A stretch of 59,734 nucleotides of DNA from Octopus bimaculoides (lineage: Eukaryota). The stretch is taken from positions 28,331,523 through 28,391,256 of the forward strand of contig NC_069001.1 in assembly GCF_001194135.2 (NCBI RefSeq), given 5' to 3'. The notes beneath the pieces are model-generated. The model did not search any database. It was not told the DNA's origin and worked only from the letters and a program-made list of their open reading frames with translations. Position numbers and translations under genes: made by a program. Shown here piece by piece: positions 1 through 12,152 of the stretch. The first letter of the stretch is position 1, and each line of letters opens with the position of its first letter.

Positions 1-63
<63 letters not shown>

Positions 64-204
64 CATGTATATATGCATATATGTACATATATACATACAC
101 ACATGCGTACATGCATATATGTATGTATTTATGTATGTATAATCTTCAGACGTACTCACTAAATATATCTATATTTTTTGCTTCTTATCTTAGTTCATAA
201 CTTT

Positions 205-487
205 CTAAATCATTTGAATCGGGATCGATGAGATTGCACTAAACAAGTACTTTTTCATCCGATAGGACCGCCATCTTGGTTCATACTTTGATTGAATCAG
301 TTCGCTTCTCGTTACTTTTTTTTCCTCATAACTATTAAACAGTAATACTTGAGTCGCATGAGATTCAGTCATTTTTTTTGTTGTTGCTATATTATTGTGT
401 TCATTGTTATTTGTTCCGTGTTTTCTTGTTACTCTTAGATTATTATTGATTAGAATATTTATTCCCTCAGTAAATTTCTTCTTTTTT
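205..487 (-). CDS. Candidate terminal coding exon of an unidentified minus-strand gene (KKKKFTEG...SSIPIQMI*)
   Basis: Strong minus-strand acceptor ttttttgttttgttttttgatttcag (AG at 489-488). It is followed by a ~94-codon non-repetitive open frame (phase 2) ending at TAG 207-205. No family recognised. Confidence 0.4.
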
Positions 488-998
488 CTGAAATCAAAAA
501 ACAAAACAAAAAAGTTATTTTTATTTAATACTTTTTTTTCTTTCCTGAATGATTATGTCGGTGTATAATGTGTTTCTGATTCTGTGTCTATGTCTTTGCG
601 AACAAGTGTTTGTATTTAATCTTTTGTACATAATTATATATATATATATATAGATCGATAAATAGATAGATAGATCGACAGATAGATACGTAGACATATA
701 TATATAGATAGAAAGATGTTTAGACAGACATATATATCAGTTTCTTTTTTATGTACTTAATGAAATATGTATGAATATACACACGTGCACACATACAAAG
801 CATATAAGATATATCGACTATTTTGCTTTAACGTTTTGTATTTATTTATCTATCATTATTCGTATGTGTGTGTGTGTGTGTTTGTATGTGTGCGTGTTTG
901 TATGTGTTTGTGTTTCTGTGATATTTCTGTGAAATTGTTTAAAAGCTCACAATTTCTAAAGTCTATTAAAATGAAATGTTTATGGATATTTTGAATAT

Positions 999-1168
999 TT
1001 ATCGACGTAGTAAATATTTATGGATGTGATTATTATTCATAGATGAAATGATTAATAAAGCTATTGTTTCTTGGTGACTGCCAGAATTTAAACTAAAAGC
1101 AGTACTAGAAGAAGAATTGAAATTTCGTTTTGGAAATAAATTCTTTAAAGAATTTGATTTCATAATTC
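999..1168 (-). CDS. Candidate exon (IMKSNSLKNLFPKRNF...KYLLRR*)
   Basis: Minus acceptor catttgacatttaacag; phase-1 frame open 55 codons to TAA. No homology recognised. Confidence 0.2.
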
Positions 1169-1303
1169 CTGTTAAATGTCAAATGGTCTAATAAATTACT
1201 GCAGTGCCAATTATATGAAGTAGAAATTATTGCGATGATTGATACGGCCTAATTATAGATTTATCTAGAAAATCTATTCTTTGTTTATCCGTTTCTCACG
1301 CCC

Positions 1304-1381
<78 letters not shown>

Positions 1382-1462
1382 CTATTCACATACACGCACA
1401 TATACACGTATATGAAATATATATGTATGCACACGCACACACACACACACACACACACATAC

Positions 1463-1606
1463 AGTCAAGAATTGAAGTACAATGCAGTAGTTCTTGGCTA
1501 ATGCATTCTGGGTATCGTAAACCACTTCGTATTTTAAATTGGTGCGTATTTTGTTGGCGTGAATGATCAGATGAATCAGAGTATATTGACGAGTAATCAT
1601 CCTTCA
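1463..1606 (-). CDS. Candidate exon (KDDYSSIYSDSSDHSRQQ...LHCTSILD)
   Basis: Good donor ACT|gtatgt at 1462-1461 and ~48 open non-repetitive codons. The acceptor is poor, so the 5' boundary is uncertain. Confidence 0.2.
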
Positions 1607-1791
1607 CTTATCTTTGAAAGCCTGTGTGTCATAGTGGGGAGTTACTATTCCCTGCGCTCACTAAACATCATAATAAAATTTAATCATGATTTTATGATTT
1701 TTCTACTCTTTAAATTAACGTATTACTGAAGTCGTGTTTTTTTTTTTTTTAATTTTTTTATCTTAAAAGGTATTTTGTATGAATCGTAGGA

Positions 1792-2084
1792 CTATAATTT
1801 GGCAGTATCACCAAGGTGACATGTCGAGTAGATTTTTTGTGTGCGACTTAAATCCCAACTATTTTGGTTGTGAAAATGTGTACGTTCAATCCCGAGCGAT
1901 AAAACATTTTCTCCATTGGGAGTAATTCTGTGGTTCTGAATACGTTTCGCTCGTGGATTTGTACTGGACTGGATTTTGAAGTGACGTGAAGTTATCAGAC
2001 TATCACTAGGGGATCTATAACTTTGTTTAGCATTATTATATTGAATGCAAAGAGCATACATTTTCACTGAGCACGTAGGAATAT
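1792..2084 (-). CDS. Candidate exon (DIPTCSVKMYALC...HLGDTAKL*)
   Basis: Acceptor gtatttttgggaacag (AG at 2086-2085); 96 open non-repetitive codons to TAG. No family recognised. Confidence 0.3.
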
Positions 2085-2148
2085 CTGTTCCCAAAAATAC
2101 ATTTGACAGACAAAGCATTGCTCAGATGCAAGAAGGTTAAAACTAAGG

Positions 2149-2203
<55 letters not shown>

Positions 2204-2959
2204 CATACATACATACATTCAAATATATATAAATGTATAAGTTATATATAAATATAAATGTATATACATGCATGCCTTTATTTACTTNNNNNNNNNNNNN
2301 NNNNNNNNNNNNNNNNNNNNNNNNNNNNNNNNNNNNNNNNNNNNNNNNNNNNNNNNNNNNNNNNNNNNNNNNNNNNNNNNNNNNNNNNNNNNNNNNNNNN
2401 NNNNNNNNNNNNNNNNNNNNNNNNNNNNNNNNNNNNNNNNNNNNNNNNNNNNNNNNNNNNNNNNNNNNNNNNNNNNNNNNNNNNNNNNNNNNNNNNNNNN
2501 NNNNNNNNNNNNNNNNNNNNNNNNNNNNNNNNNNNNNNNNNNNNNNNNNNNNNNNNNNNNNNNNNNNNNNNNNNNNNNNNNNNNNNNNNNNNNNNNNNNN
2601 NNNNNNNNNNNNNNNNNNNNNNNNNNNNNNNNNNNNNNNNNNNNNNNNNNNNNNNNNNNNNNNNNNNNNNNNNNNNNNNNNNNNNNNNNNNNNNNNNNNN
2701 NNNNNNNNNNNNNNNNNNNNNNNNNNNNNNNNNNNNNNNNNNNNNNNNNNNNNNNNNNNNNNNNNNNNNNNNNNNNNNNNNNNNNNNNNNNNNNNNNNNN
2801 NNNNNNNNNNNNNNNNNNNNNNNNNNNNNNNNNNNNNNNNNNNNNNNNNNNNNNNNNNNNNNNNNNNNNNNNNNNNNNNNNNNNNNNNNNNNACATACAT
2901 ATATGCGTTTGTGTACAAGCAAGTACAAACACATAGGTATATATGTATATATGAGTATG

Positions 2960-3300
2960 GACCCTATCTTCAGCATCATGGGCAACTCCATTGCTGTCTT
3001 CTTCGGCATCAGTAACATCGTAAGCATCATCATTATTACCATTAGCGACACCGTCATCTCCGTGGTCGTAGTCGATGACATCATCCTCGTCGTAGTCGTC
3101 GATGACGTCATCGTCGCCGTCTTCGTTGTCCTCATCTTTAATCAACGTCGCCAGCTTTAACTTCAGCAACGTCGTCGGTTTACATAACAGCGCGTCCCTA
3201 ATACCCTCATTGTTGTACTGCGTAACATTTACTACTACTACTACTACTACTACTGTTGCTGCTGCCGCTACTACTATTACTAGTGTCATTGCTGCTGCTT
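2960..3300. repeat. Degenerate trinucleotide (CAT/CGT/TAC/TGC) low-complexity tract
   Basis: Visible (TAC)n, (TGC)n and gtcgtc/catcat decay. It generates a spurious Asp-rich ORF on the minus strand. Confidence 0.8.
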
Positions 3301-3591
3301 CAAATGGTGCTGGTTCCAAATTGTCATGCATCTCAGCAGAATCGGCTTGTTATTGTCGAAGATCAGAGTGCACCACTGAAGTAACTTAAAAGTCCTGCTG
3401 TTAAATGTTATTGCTATTTCAAAGACAAGTAATTATTTCATCGCTTCTATTCTGTACGGTAACTGAATCTTTGTGAAATGTACAAGTATGAATGATTTTT
3501 CATCACAAGATTCACGAACCCATATCCACAGCGATGGGCAAATGTGAATAAATAGTCGCATGTATGTATATATGTATGTGTATGTCTATAG

Positions 3592-3643
<52 letters not shown>

Positions 3644-4150
3644 ATGTGTTAATGTATTCCTTTGACTTATTTGGACAAGTGTAATATTTTACCGTTCGCT
3701 AAACCCACAAAGTTGTTTTACCGTTGTGAAACCGGTATTTTTTTACACCTTAATAAGTTCTTTTATTGGTTTGGAATCCGACAGCTTTAATAGCCCTGAA
3801 CTGAGTGTCAGAGATTGATTGAAAATATCCTTTCCTTACACCTTACCATATACATATTTCATACATAAATACACGCGTGCTTTTAGATTTACACGTACGT
3901 ACAAATATACCCGTATATATAAACAGGCAAATTTTACGCAAATAATTTTGTTTCGTCTAACTAGACGTCTCCACCAAACCGAACCATCGAACTTCTATCA
4001 ACGTTTCCTTAGAGAAAATTAATAAATATTACTCAGCCAAAATATATTGTTGGAAGTTAATGTTAAATAATATTTATGTTATATAGCTTCTAATAAAACA
4101 GACGCTAGTATACGTACACACAGACACACCGACAAACGCACACATACACA

Positions 4151-4198
<48 letters not shown>

Positions 4199-4539
4199 AA
4201 TTGACATCGTATATTCATACATATGTATAGTTATATGCATACACACACACACACAAACATATATGTATGTTAGTGCGTATGTGTGCATATATACATATAT
4301 GCATATTATAGTGCGTATATCTGTATAAGTATAAAGACATAGGTAGATACATATATGCGCATATATGTCTTTGAAACAAGTTAAGAAACAGTTGCCTGTT
4401 TCACAGGTTTGTAAACATATCACGTTTCTCACATTTATAAGTCTTACTAAGATATACATGAATAATTATTTAAAGTACAATAAACAAGAGAGGAAACATA
4501 TAAACATAAACACACATACGCAATACTAGAAAATATCGT

Positions 4540-5600
4540 AAGCTTCACGATGGAACGGACGCATTGCTACGCCAACTTCAATAGCGAAAATATCATACCA
4601 TTACATCAAAGCAGAATAAAAGCCATAGAACAGAACTAAATGTTCAAAAGACATGATAAGGTCACTGACACCGTCTTTTATTTCATTTATTTTTGGCACC
4701 ATCAAAAATATTGCATTTCTTTAACGAAAGCTATGAAAGAGCTTCTGTGTGGTCACCCTTCCGTTCTGTAAGAAGATAACTGGGAAATCGACCTCAAAAT
4801 GCTTTCTACCGTTTTTTGACAATGAGATTCGAATAATGTGAACCTGGCTTTTCTTTACATGCGAAACATATATGATGATAAGGGTATGAATACCATTGAT
4901 CAAATGACATGCTAAAAGAAGCAGCCAATTTCTTTAGAAATGATATATTGGATTATGCAAATTCGGCTTTGTAATATGTCGGAACAACATAGCAATGTCA
5001 AGGCTGGAATTCATTGATCATATGCCTAACCAATTGATATGAATTGTAGTGTAGCATGTAAAAGAACGAACACATCGGATCCTAGTTCTCAATGCGTTAG
5101 AAGTGAAGACACATAAAGTCTAGACAACTATTAATGATAAGCCTTTTCAGCCAAACGCCTGACGTGAGAATAAATAGCAACAAGAATTATTAAAAGAAAC
5201 AAATGAAAAATCCACAACGAGATCGTTAGATTTGCTTAAAACAAAGCAGAGGTCTCACTCAAGTTTAAGTAGATCAATTAATCTACTTAAAAATACCGAA
5301 GCGTGCATAGAGACACACTGAGTTACATTACAAAATAAAGCGTAAGAAAACGACCACAGTTTCTTAGAATGCTTCAGAATGCTGAATACAAACAATAAAT
5401 TTGTAAAATATATAAATTCTTTCCTTGAAATAAGGTTTATCATATGATTAAATATCAGGATGGACAACCATGTGAAATTAGATTAAAATTTCTATTCGGT
5501 GAACCCATTCTTCCCTCTCATTGAAATAAGGTCTGTCATATGGTTAAACATCACCATGGACAACCATGTTAAATTAGATTAAAATTTCTGCCCAGAGCAA
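4540..5600 (+). pseudogene. Heavily degraded coding-like region, possibly a TE ORF, with a 96-bp tandem duplication
   Basis: Protein-like fragments broken by stops and frameshifts (e.g. NDMLKEAANFFRNDILDYANSAL; DGQPCEIRLKFL). The segment tgaaataagg...ggacaaccatgt..aattagattaaaatttct occurs at ~5426 and ~5522. Confidence 0.3.
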
Positions 5601-5932
5601 GAATCTTTCGTTATTGGTGTAGTATAACCTAAATCTATATTGTTTCTCTAGTCCAATAGTCAAAGATATTCCAGGCAATAAACAAGCTTATTTTCAACGG
5701 ACAAGTTACGCTGGAGTAAAATGTGTGAAATGTAAGTTTTTAAATGTTCGATTATGATTTAAGACAGATGCGTTTGATATTTCCAGGAAAGTCAGGGGGT
5801 CAGGAAAAACAGATATGTATGTATATAGAGATTGTGTGATTTGATTACGATTGAGTCAGATGTAAATCTGCATAGAATACCTTTGGGGAGCTTTTTGAGG
5901 CGGTTTCTCCCTTGCGGGCTATACTTAGTAAG

Positions 5933-5971
<39 letters not shown>

Positions 5972-6130
5972 GGGCCTCTTTCAGTTTCCACCGACAAAAC
6001 CCACTCAGAGGATTTTGGTCGGCCCGAGGCTATAATAGAAGATATCTTTTGAAGACTTCACGCGTAGGCACCGAACCTGGAACATTGTGGCTCGGAAGTA
6101 AACTTCCTACCACAGTGCCACGTCGGCTCC
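5972..6130 (-). mobile_element. tRNA-derived SINE, family A (head and body)
   Basis: Reverse complement reads ggagccgacgtggcactgtggtagg...ccaggttcggtgcc...agcctcgggccgaccaaaatcc, with A/B-box-like motifs. The body matches copies at 9150-9300, 43880-44020 and 47670-47795. Confidence 0.85.
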
Positions 6131-7093
6131 TATACATACATATAATTAATTTCACACGATTTGATTTTTTTTTCTTCATGAAATTAAGAAATGACGACAT
6201 AAATAGAGTCTGTTTACGCGTATGTTTTTATTTTTATTTTATTTTACAGAGTTGACCAATATATTCTTATCCTTTTCATAATGGAAAAGTTTTCAAGAGT
6301 TCCATATTTTTCATCACTTAGACAGTTTCGAAGAATTTAAATTGCGAAATCATTTCAAAGAATACTTTAATCTGTACCATCATGTCGTCTAATTGAATAG
6401 AAAACGTTTAAAATATATTTCTTTTTAATATTCTTTTATAAATTTTATGTAATCGCCACAAGTTATTTACTAATCAGACTAGTCTTTATATAACTTTTAG
6501 TATTTTAATATTTTCATTTTCAGAATTTAATTTCGTTTTCTTTTTCCTTTTCTTTGTCTTTAATTTTCTGTATATTATTTNNNNNNNNNNNNNNNNNNNN
6601 NNNNNNNNNNNNNNNNNNNNNNNNNNNNNNNNNNNNNNNNNNNNNNNNNNNNNNNNNNNNNNNNNNNNNNNNNNNNNNNNNNNNNNNNNNNNNNNNNNNN
6701 NNNNNNNNNNNNNNNNNNNNNNNNNNNNNNNNNNNNNNNNNNNNNNNNNNNNNNNNNNNNNNNNNNNNNNNNNNNNNNNNNNNNNNNNNNNNNNNNNNNN
6801 NNNNNNNNNNNNNNNNNNNNNNNNNNNNNNNNNNNNNNNNNNNNNNNNNNNNNNNNNNNNNNNNNNNNNNNNNNNNNNNNNNNNNNNNNNNNNNNNNNNN
6901 NNNNNNNNNNNNNNNNNNNNNNNNNNNNNNNNNNNNNNNNNNNNNNNNNNNNNNNNNNNNNNNNNNNNNNNNNNNNNNNNNNNNNNNNNNNNNNNNNNNN
7001 NNNNNNNNNNNNNNNNNNNNNNNNNNNNNNNNNNNNNNNNNNNNNNNNNNNNNNNNNNNNNNNNNNNNNNNNNNNNNNNNNNNNNNNNNNNNN

Positions 7094-7132
<39 letters not shown>

Positions 7133-7166
7133 ATGTGAGTGTGGTTTAGGACAATCATTAAGTTGA

Positions 7167-7294
7167 TATAGTAGTGCTCAGAGTTTCAAATAACGAAGCG
7201 AAGAGCTACGATGCATTCTCGTCGGCTATTAATGGCCAACGAGAATATATCCAAGTTCGTTGCTCCGTCATTTGAAACTCTGAGTACAATTATG
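7167..7294. repeat. Imperfect fold-back hairpin (old MITE or structured RNA)
   Basis: Arms 7175-7226 and 7235-7286 are 52 bp each with 11 differences. Short attaat loop. Confidence 0.8.
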
Positions 7295-8156
7295 ACAACT
7301 TACTGATTGTCGTATACTATGCATATAGAAATAATCCTCGTGTGTTGAGGCTTGCTACGGAATTTCTATTTAGATATATTTGGGTTACTTAAATGTACTC
7401 ATGACGTTGCTTCTCATTTTCCATGGGAGCTTGTAAGTATTTCATTTATGTCTTCTCTTGTTCTCTGCCGACGAACGAAAATCCTTTGGATTAATCCAGA
7501 AATTATTCCAATTCAGAGATAACGGGTTTACAAAAAATCCTGTTAGCTTGTTTTCCTCGATTCAACACGCTGTGTATTTATAGTGAATTATACTGTATGT
7601 GGTGATTGACGATTTGAAGTCTATGTCTCGGCATAATGGCATAGACATTTTTCTTCTGCCTTCATTTATAGTTGTTTAATAAAGAAAATATCAATCGTAA
7701 CTCGATCGCGGTAAATCACTTAAAAACAAATAGTGGAGATTAGCGATCTATCCAGGTTTCATTTATCGGACAAACAATAATGGTAATGGATCAAAGTGAA
7801 GCATAACAAAGGACTCAATAGTACACGAATTTAAATTATAACTCTTCATCAACAATTTTATCTTTTAATTAATGTTCTATTGTTCTTGCATATTTTGATT
7901 ATCGCAAAAATCAAAAGTGTTGCTATTGTTATTATTTTGATTGTTGTCTTTGTTTGTGTCGACGACGATGATGATGGTGTGGAAGATGATGAGGAGGAGG
8001 AGGAGAGGAGGAGAAGGAGGGGTGGGGCGTAGGGGAGGTACATGCGGAGGAGGAGAAGGAGGAGGTGGAGTGCGAAGAGTAAGAAAAAGAGAAAAATGAG
8101 GAAGAAGAAATTAATTACATCTGCTTCGGTCAGGGGTGTGATTCGACGTGTGTTAC

Positions 8157-8243
8157 ATGTCACAAAAAGAGCCATAAGTACAGCTAGACGAATCTAATTC
8201 TGCGATGCACACATTTTGCAAATGGCATAAAAACCGAATTCCA
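8157..8243 (-). CDS. Candidate 87-nt phase 2/2 internal exon (GIRFLCHLQNVCIAELDSSSCTYGSFCD)
   Basis: Strong acceptor ttatgttgtttattttgcag, moderate donor AT|gtaaca, one open frame. Confidence 0.25.
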
Positions 8244-8920
8244 CTGCAAAATAAACAACATAATGAGCATAATGTATACTTTCGAAATTACGAATTTTAC
8301 AAGGGTCATATAAAACAACGAATACTTTGAACAGATAAACAACTAAACTGAAAGGATAAAAAAAATATATATATATTTGTCGCAGTGAAAAACTTGTACT
8401 AAATTAAATTCAAATCCCGATGACAAATTTGTCTGTAGTTTGAATAATTAACGCTGAATAATTCAAATTAGCATAACTAATTTAAATACTGAATTAATTT
8501 ATATCGCTAAGTTTCATTATTTATGGGTAAAAACAAATGTGGAGTAGTATCTTGTTTGTTACGTACCTCTTGAATCATTTATTATTTGAGTAACATTATA
8601 GCTATTATTAAAAGTCATTTGAATTCATGTTTGTTTAAAACATCATTTCATATTGCTATTCTCTCATTTGAATATGTATTGTATGTAAATCTATAAAAAC
8701 GTTTATGGATTTATGCTTAACGTTCTTTTTATTTTTCGATGGTCTCTGGATATTATTTTCAAAGTGTTTTCAAACTTTGGCACATCACTTTCTGATATGA
8801 TGGAAGCATATAGAAATGGGTAAAGACTTACAATATTAGAAATAGTATCATGCCATGCGCGTATAAGCATGTGTAATCAAACATAAGCATATATACATAT
8901 GTGTGTGTGTGCGTATGCTA

Positions 8921-9296
8921 TTATTCTTTTATTCGTTTACTTGTTTCAGTCACTTGACTACGGCCATGCTCATAACGGCATTAGGTGAAGAAATTACCCC
9001 TGGACTTATTCTATCGGTCTCCTTTAACGAAGGGCTAAGCTACGGGGACATAAACACAGCAGCATCTATTGTCAAGCGATGATTTGCGGACAAACACAGA
9101 CACAGACACACATACACAGAAATACATACATACATATGTATATACACGACGGGCTTGTTCCAGTCTCCGTCTACCAAATCCACTCATAAGGCTTTGTGCA
9201 GCCCGAGGATATAGTATAATGCACCTGCTCAAGATAGTACGCAGTGGGATTGAACCCGGAATCATGTGGTTGGGAAGCAAGTTCCTTCCCATACAG

Positions 9297-9300
<4 letters not shown>
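8921..9300 (-). mobile_element. Near full-length SINE family A with internal microsatellite and 3' tail
   Basis: Minus strand reads: head (cttcccaaccacatgattccgggttcaatcccactgcg), body (gagtggatttggtagacggag), (TA/TG)n, then tail (atcgcttgacaa...ccgatagaataag...gcatggccgtagtcaagtgactgaaacaagtaaa). Confidence 0.9.
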
Positions 9301-9338
<38 letters not shown>

Positions 9339-9411
9339 GCGCTTATGTATGAATATATAACTATGTGTGACTATATAATAAATATGTTTGTGTGTGAGCG
9401 TGTATTTATTT

Positions 9412-9540
9412 ATGGAGGCATGTGTGCCAGGGATTGGCGTGTCGAACTCATGATCTTAAGATTCAGGTTTCTATTTCTGAGCTGGGTGGTGCTTGTGTCC
9501 ATGGGCGAAACGCTCAATTTCACGTCGTTCAAATCCACAA
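9412..9540 (+). mobile_element. SINE family C head fragment (CORE-like central domain)
   Basis: ggaggcatgtg...gactcatgatcttaag...ttgtgtccatgggcgaaacgctcaatttcacgtcgttc, similar to the copies at 29400-29524 and 36168-36290. Confidence 0.7.
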
Positions 9541-9974
9541 AAGAATGTAATACTTTAAATATTATAGAGGCATACTGTAGAAACTCGAATGGCATACCGT
9601 CTGGTAACTATCATTATGTGTTTAAACACACACACACATATAATTCCTGACACAAACGCGCAAATATTTATCATTACATATATGCATATTTGTGTGAATA
9701 TGTGTAAACAGAGACATTGTTATGGCGTTCATATGGCAATATCTAAAACATACAGAAGTCTAATACAACTTGATTACATGCTATTTCGAGAAACTCTCTT
9801 TGGCTTTGTGTTAACCAAATTACGTGATGAGTCACTAAGATCATATGTGACTATGCTTTACATAATATGAAGTATTATTGATATTTCTGCGTATTCAGAG
9901 CAGCACTGAAACCAATTTAAACTCCGAATCAATCGGCATTTTGAAATAATTATGAAAATTATATAAAATAACAG

Positions 9975-10190
9975 GCCACTTAATTCACGTTGATCCAGTT
10001 CACTCAACTGTAGAAATGAGTTGCGACGTCACTGGTGCCAGGCTGTATCGGCTTTTGCCTTTCTCTTGGCTAACATCGAGAGGGGAGCCTGTTATGTACG
10101 AGTGACTGCTGGTCTCCCATAAACAAACTTATCTGGAGTTGCGGCTCAGAAGGTTATTTTGCAGGTGCAATCCCAAGGTCATTAACCTTT
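9975..10190 (+). mobile_element. 5'-truncated SINE (family C core with a different tail)
   Basis: cacttaattcacgttgatccagttcactcaactgtagaaatgag matches the family C core (ctccagtccactcagctggcaaaaatgag at 36267-36295). Confidence 0.6.
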
Positions 10191-10819
10191 AACAATTTAT
10201 ATTTCTTATATATTAATATATATATTACGGAGATGTACTTGCATAGCAAGTGACCTGATCTGAGATCGTGTGCTGGAACGAAAACATTTAAATTGTGGCA
10301 AATTAAATTTTAATGTTGAAGTGAATCTAGCGGTTTTTCTGTGTTTCTTAAATGGCTTATAAACACCTTCCACGCTGCAATTGTTTAATATATATCTATC
10401 TATCTATCGATCTACAGCTTGGTCGGGCTACGTTTGAAGATATTTTATCTCCTGTTTTGGAAACAGCTTCATACGTCGGAGAAGTGGGAGCTACATTGGA
10501 AAACATAGATATTAAATTCTGTATTTGACAGAAAGTTAGCTGACATGGAAAACTGCAAGCGGCAAATTACTGAAAAAGACTTACCTGTATGTTGACAAAT
10601 CGCGCCGAGTTTCAAAACGTTCGTAGTATGAGTACTGCTCACTGCTCTGTGAACAATATAAAAACTATATCATGTGACATCGACTGTGAAGAAACACGGT
10701 AGTCGTTCTCCGAGCCCCCGCAGGCCGGAGTTCATGGACACTACTTTGAACACAACCTTAGACTTGCTTCAAACGGTTGTACGAAGCATATGTATACAGT
10801 GGTCACACACTTGTTGTAG

Positions 10820-11140
10820 AGGCCATGAATCTAGTGGCAGTATACTTCTCCCTAGCAGACCTCCAGAAAAAGAAAGAAGTATATAACTGAGCATTTATAC
10901 GATTTCGGCAAAACGTTCTGGCCTTCTAAGTACGTCGGTTGTAATTCCATGTCGAACTATGCGTGGAATGCGGTTTACAAAGGCATCAACAGCGCTGCTT
11001 CTAACACAAAACTGAGCTGGTGGCCAATATCTACGAGATGTTCGAAGACCTTCTTAGGGACAAAGCGAGGAAGGTGTGCAGCGGATTCCGAAGCCGTCTA
11101 ATGGCGGTGTTGGAAGCTGAATGAGGCTATTTTGAGCAAA
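10820..11140 (+). mobile_element. Degenerate Tc1/mariner (maT/DD37D-like) transposase C-terminus
   Basis: Translates, with stops and one frameshift, to RP*I*WQYTSP*QTSRK...FWPSKYVGCNSMSNYAWNAV...NTK/TELVANI...KVCSGFRSRLMAVLEAE*GYFE. This parallels the WQQDSAP-H / WPPNSPDLNP-DY-VW / RFRSRIEAVIEAEGGFIE pattern of this group (recalled). The element probably extends upstream to ~10430; TIRs not defined. Confidence 0.8.
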
Positions 11141-12096
11141 TTCTTATATTAAAGCAATAATATCGGTGATACTTTCTGATTTTCTAAAATACTTTAATTG
11201 CTATATTGTGTTTTCTTTCTCTTTTATGTAGGCTGCCAAACCTCCATTACGCATTCGCGTAATCACATGATGTATATATATNNNNNNNNNNNNNNNNNNN
11301 NNNNNNNNNNNNNNNNNNNNNNNNNNNNNNNNNNNNNNNNNNNNNNNNNNNNNNNNNNNNNNNNNNNNNNNNNNNNNNNNNNNNNNNNNNNNNNNNNNNN
11401 NNNNNNNNNNNNNNNNNNNNNNNNNNNNNNNNNNNNNNNNNNNNNNNNNNNNNAGACATGGATAGATAGATAGATAGATAGATAGATGTTGATGTACTTG
11501 GAGATGTTTATGTATGAGTGTGCGCGTGTGATTATAAGTATTTAAGCATACACGTAGGAACGTTTGTGTGTGTGTATGTGTACGTGTGTGTGTGTGTGTG
11601 TGTGTGTTTCTGCCATTCTCTTTGTAATACACGGAACTTGTAATTCCAAACACCAGGAAATGATACACTACATTTAGAAGTTTTGAGATCAACCAACGAA
11701 CACAAATGTCTTACCTACAAATCGTGATTGCATACACTCATATATCTACATATACATATATGTATGTATGTGTGTGTGTGTGCGTATGTGTGACTGTGAT
11801 GTGTGTGTATGTCCGTGTGAGTATGTTTGCGCCTGTGTATGTGTGTATTTATAGATATTTGAAGGTGTATGAATGTCTCGGACCATGTATACCATGTATT
11901 GTATATGTGCAATGTTTTAACACTCGTACTCTGCATCATGTATAAATCATGTTTTCTTTGATAGACAGACAACACGATGCAGATATCCATTAATACAACT
12001 GTAAATGTGTTCTTACATCTATTCTAACATTTGTTAGTTACATATAAAATGCATTAATACATCAAGGTATACACACACATACACAAGCACACACAC

Positions 12097-12152
<56 letters not shown>

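Noticed and set aside
2900-3331. Asp-rich minus-strand ORF resembling an acidic protein
   Set aside because: Derived from a decayed GAT/GAC/GTA trinucleotide tract. The upstream acceptor (near 3378) leads to stops in all three frames.
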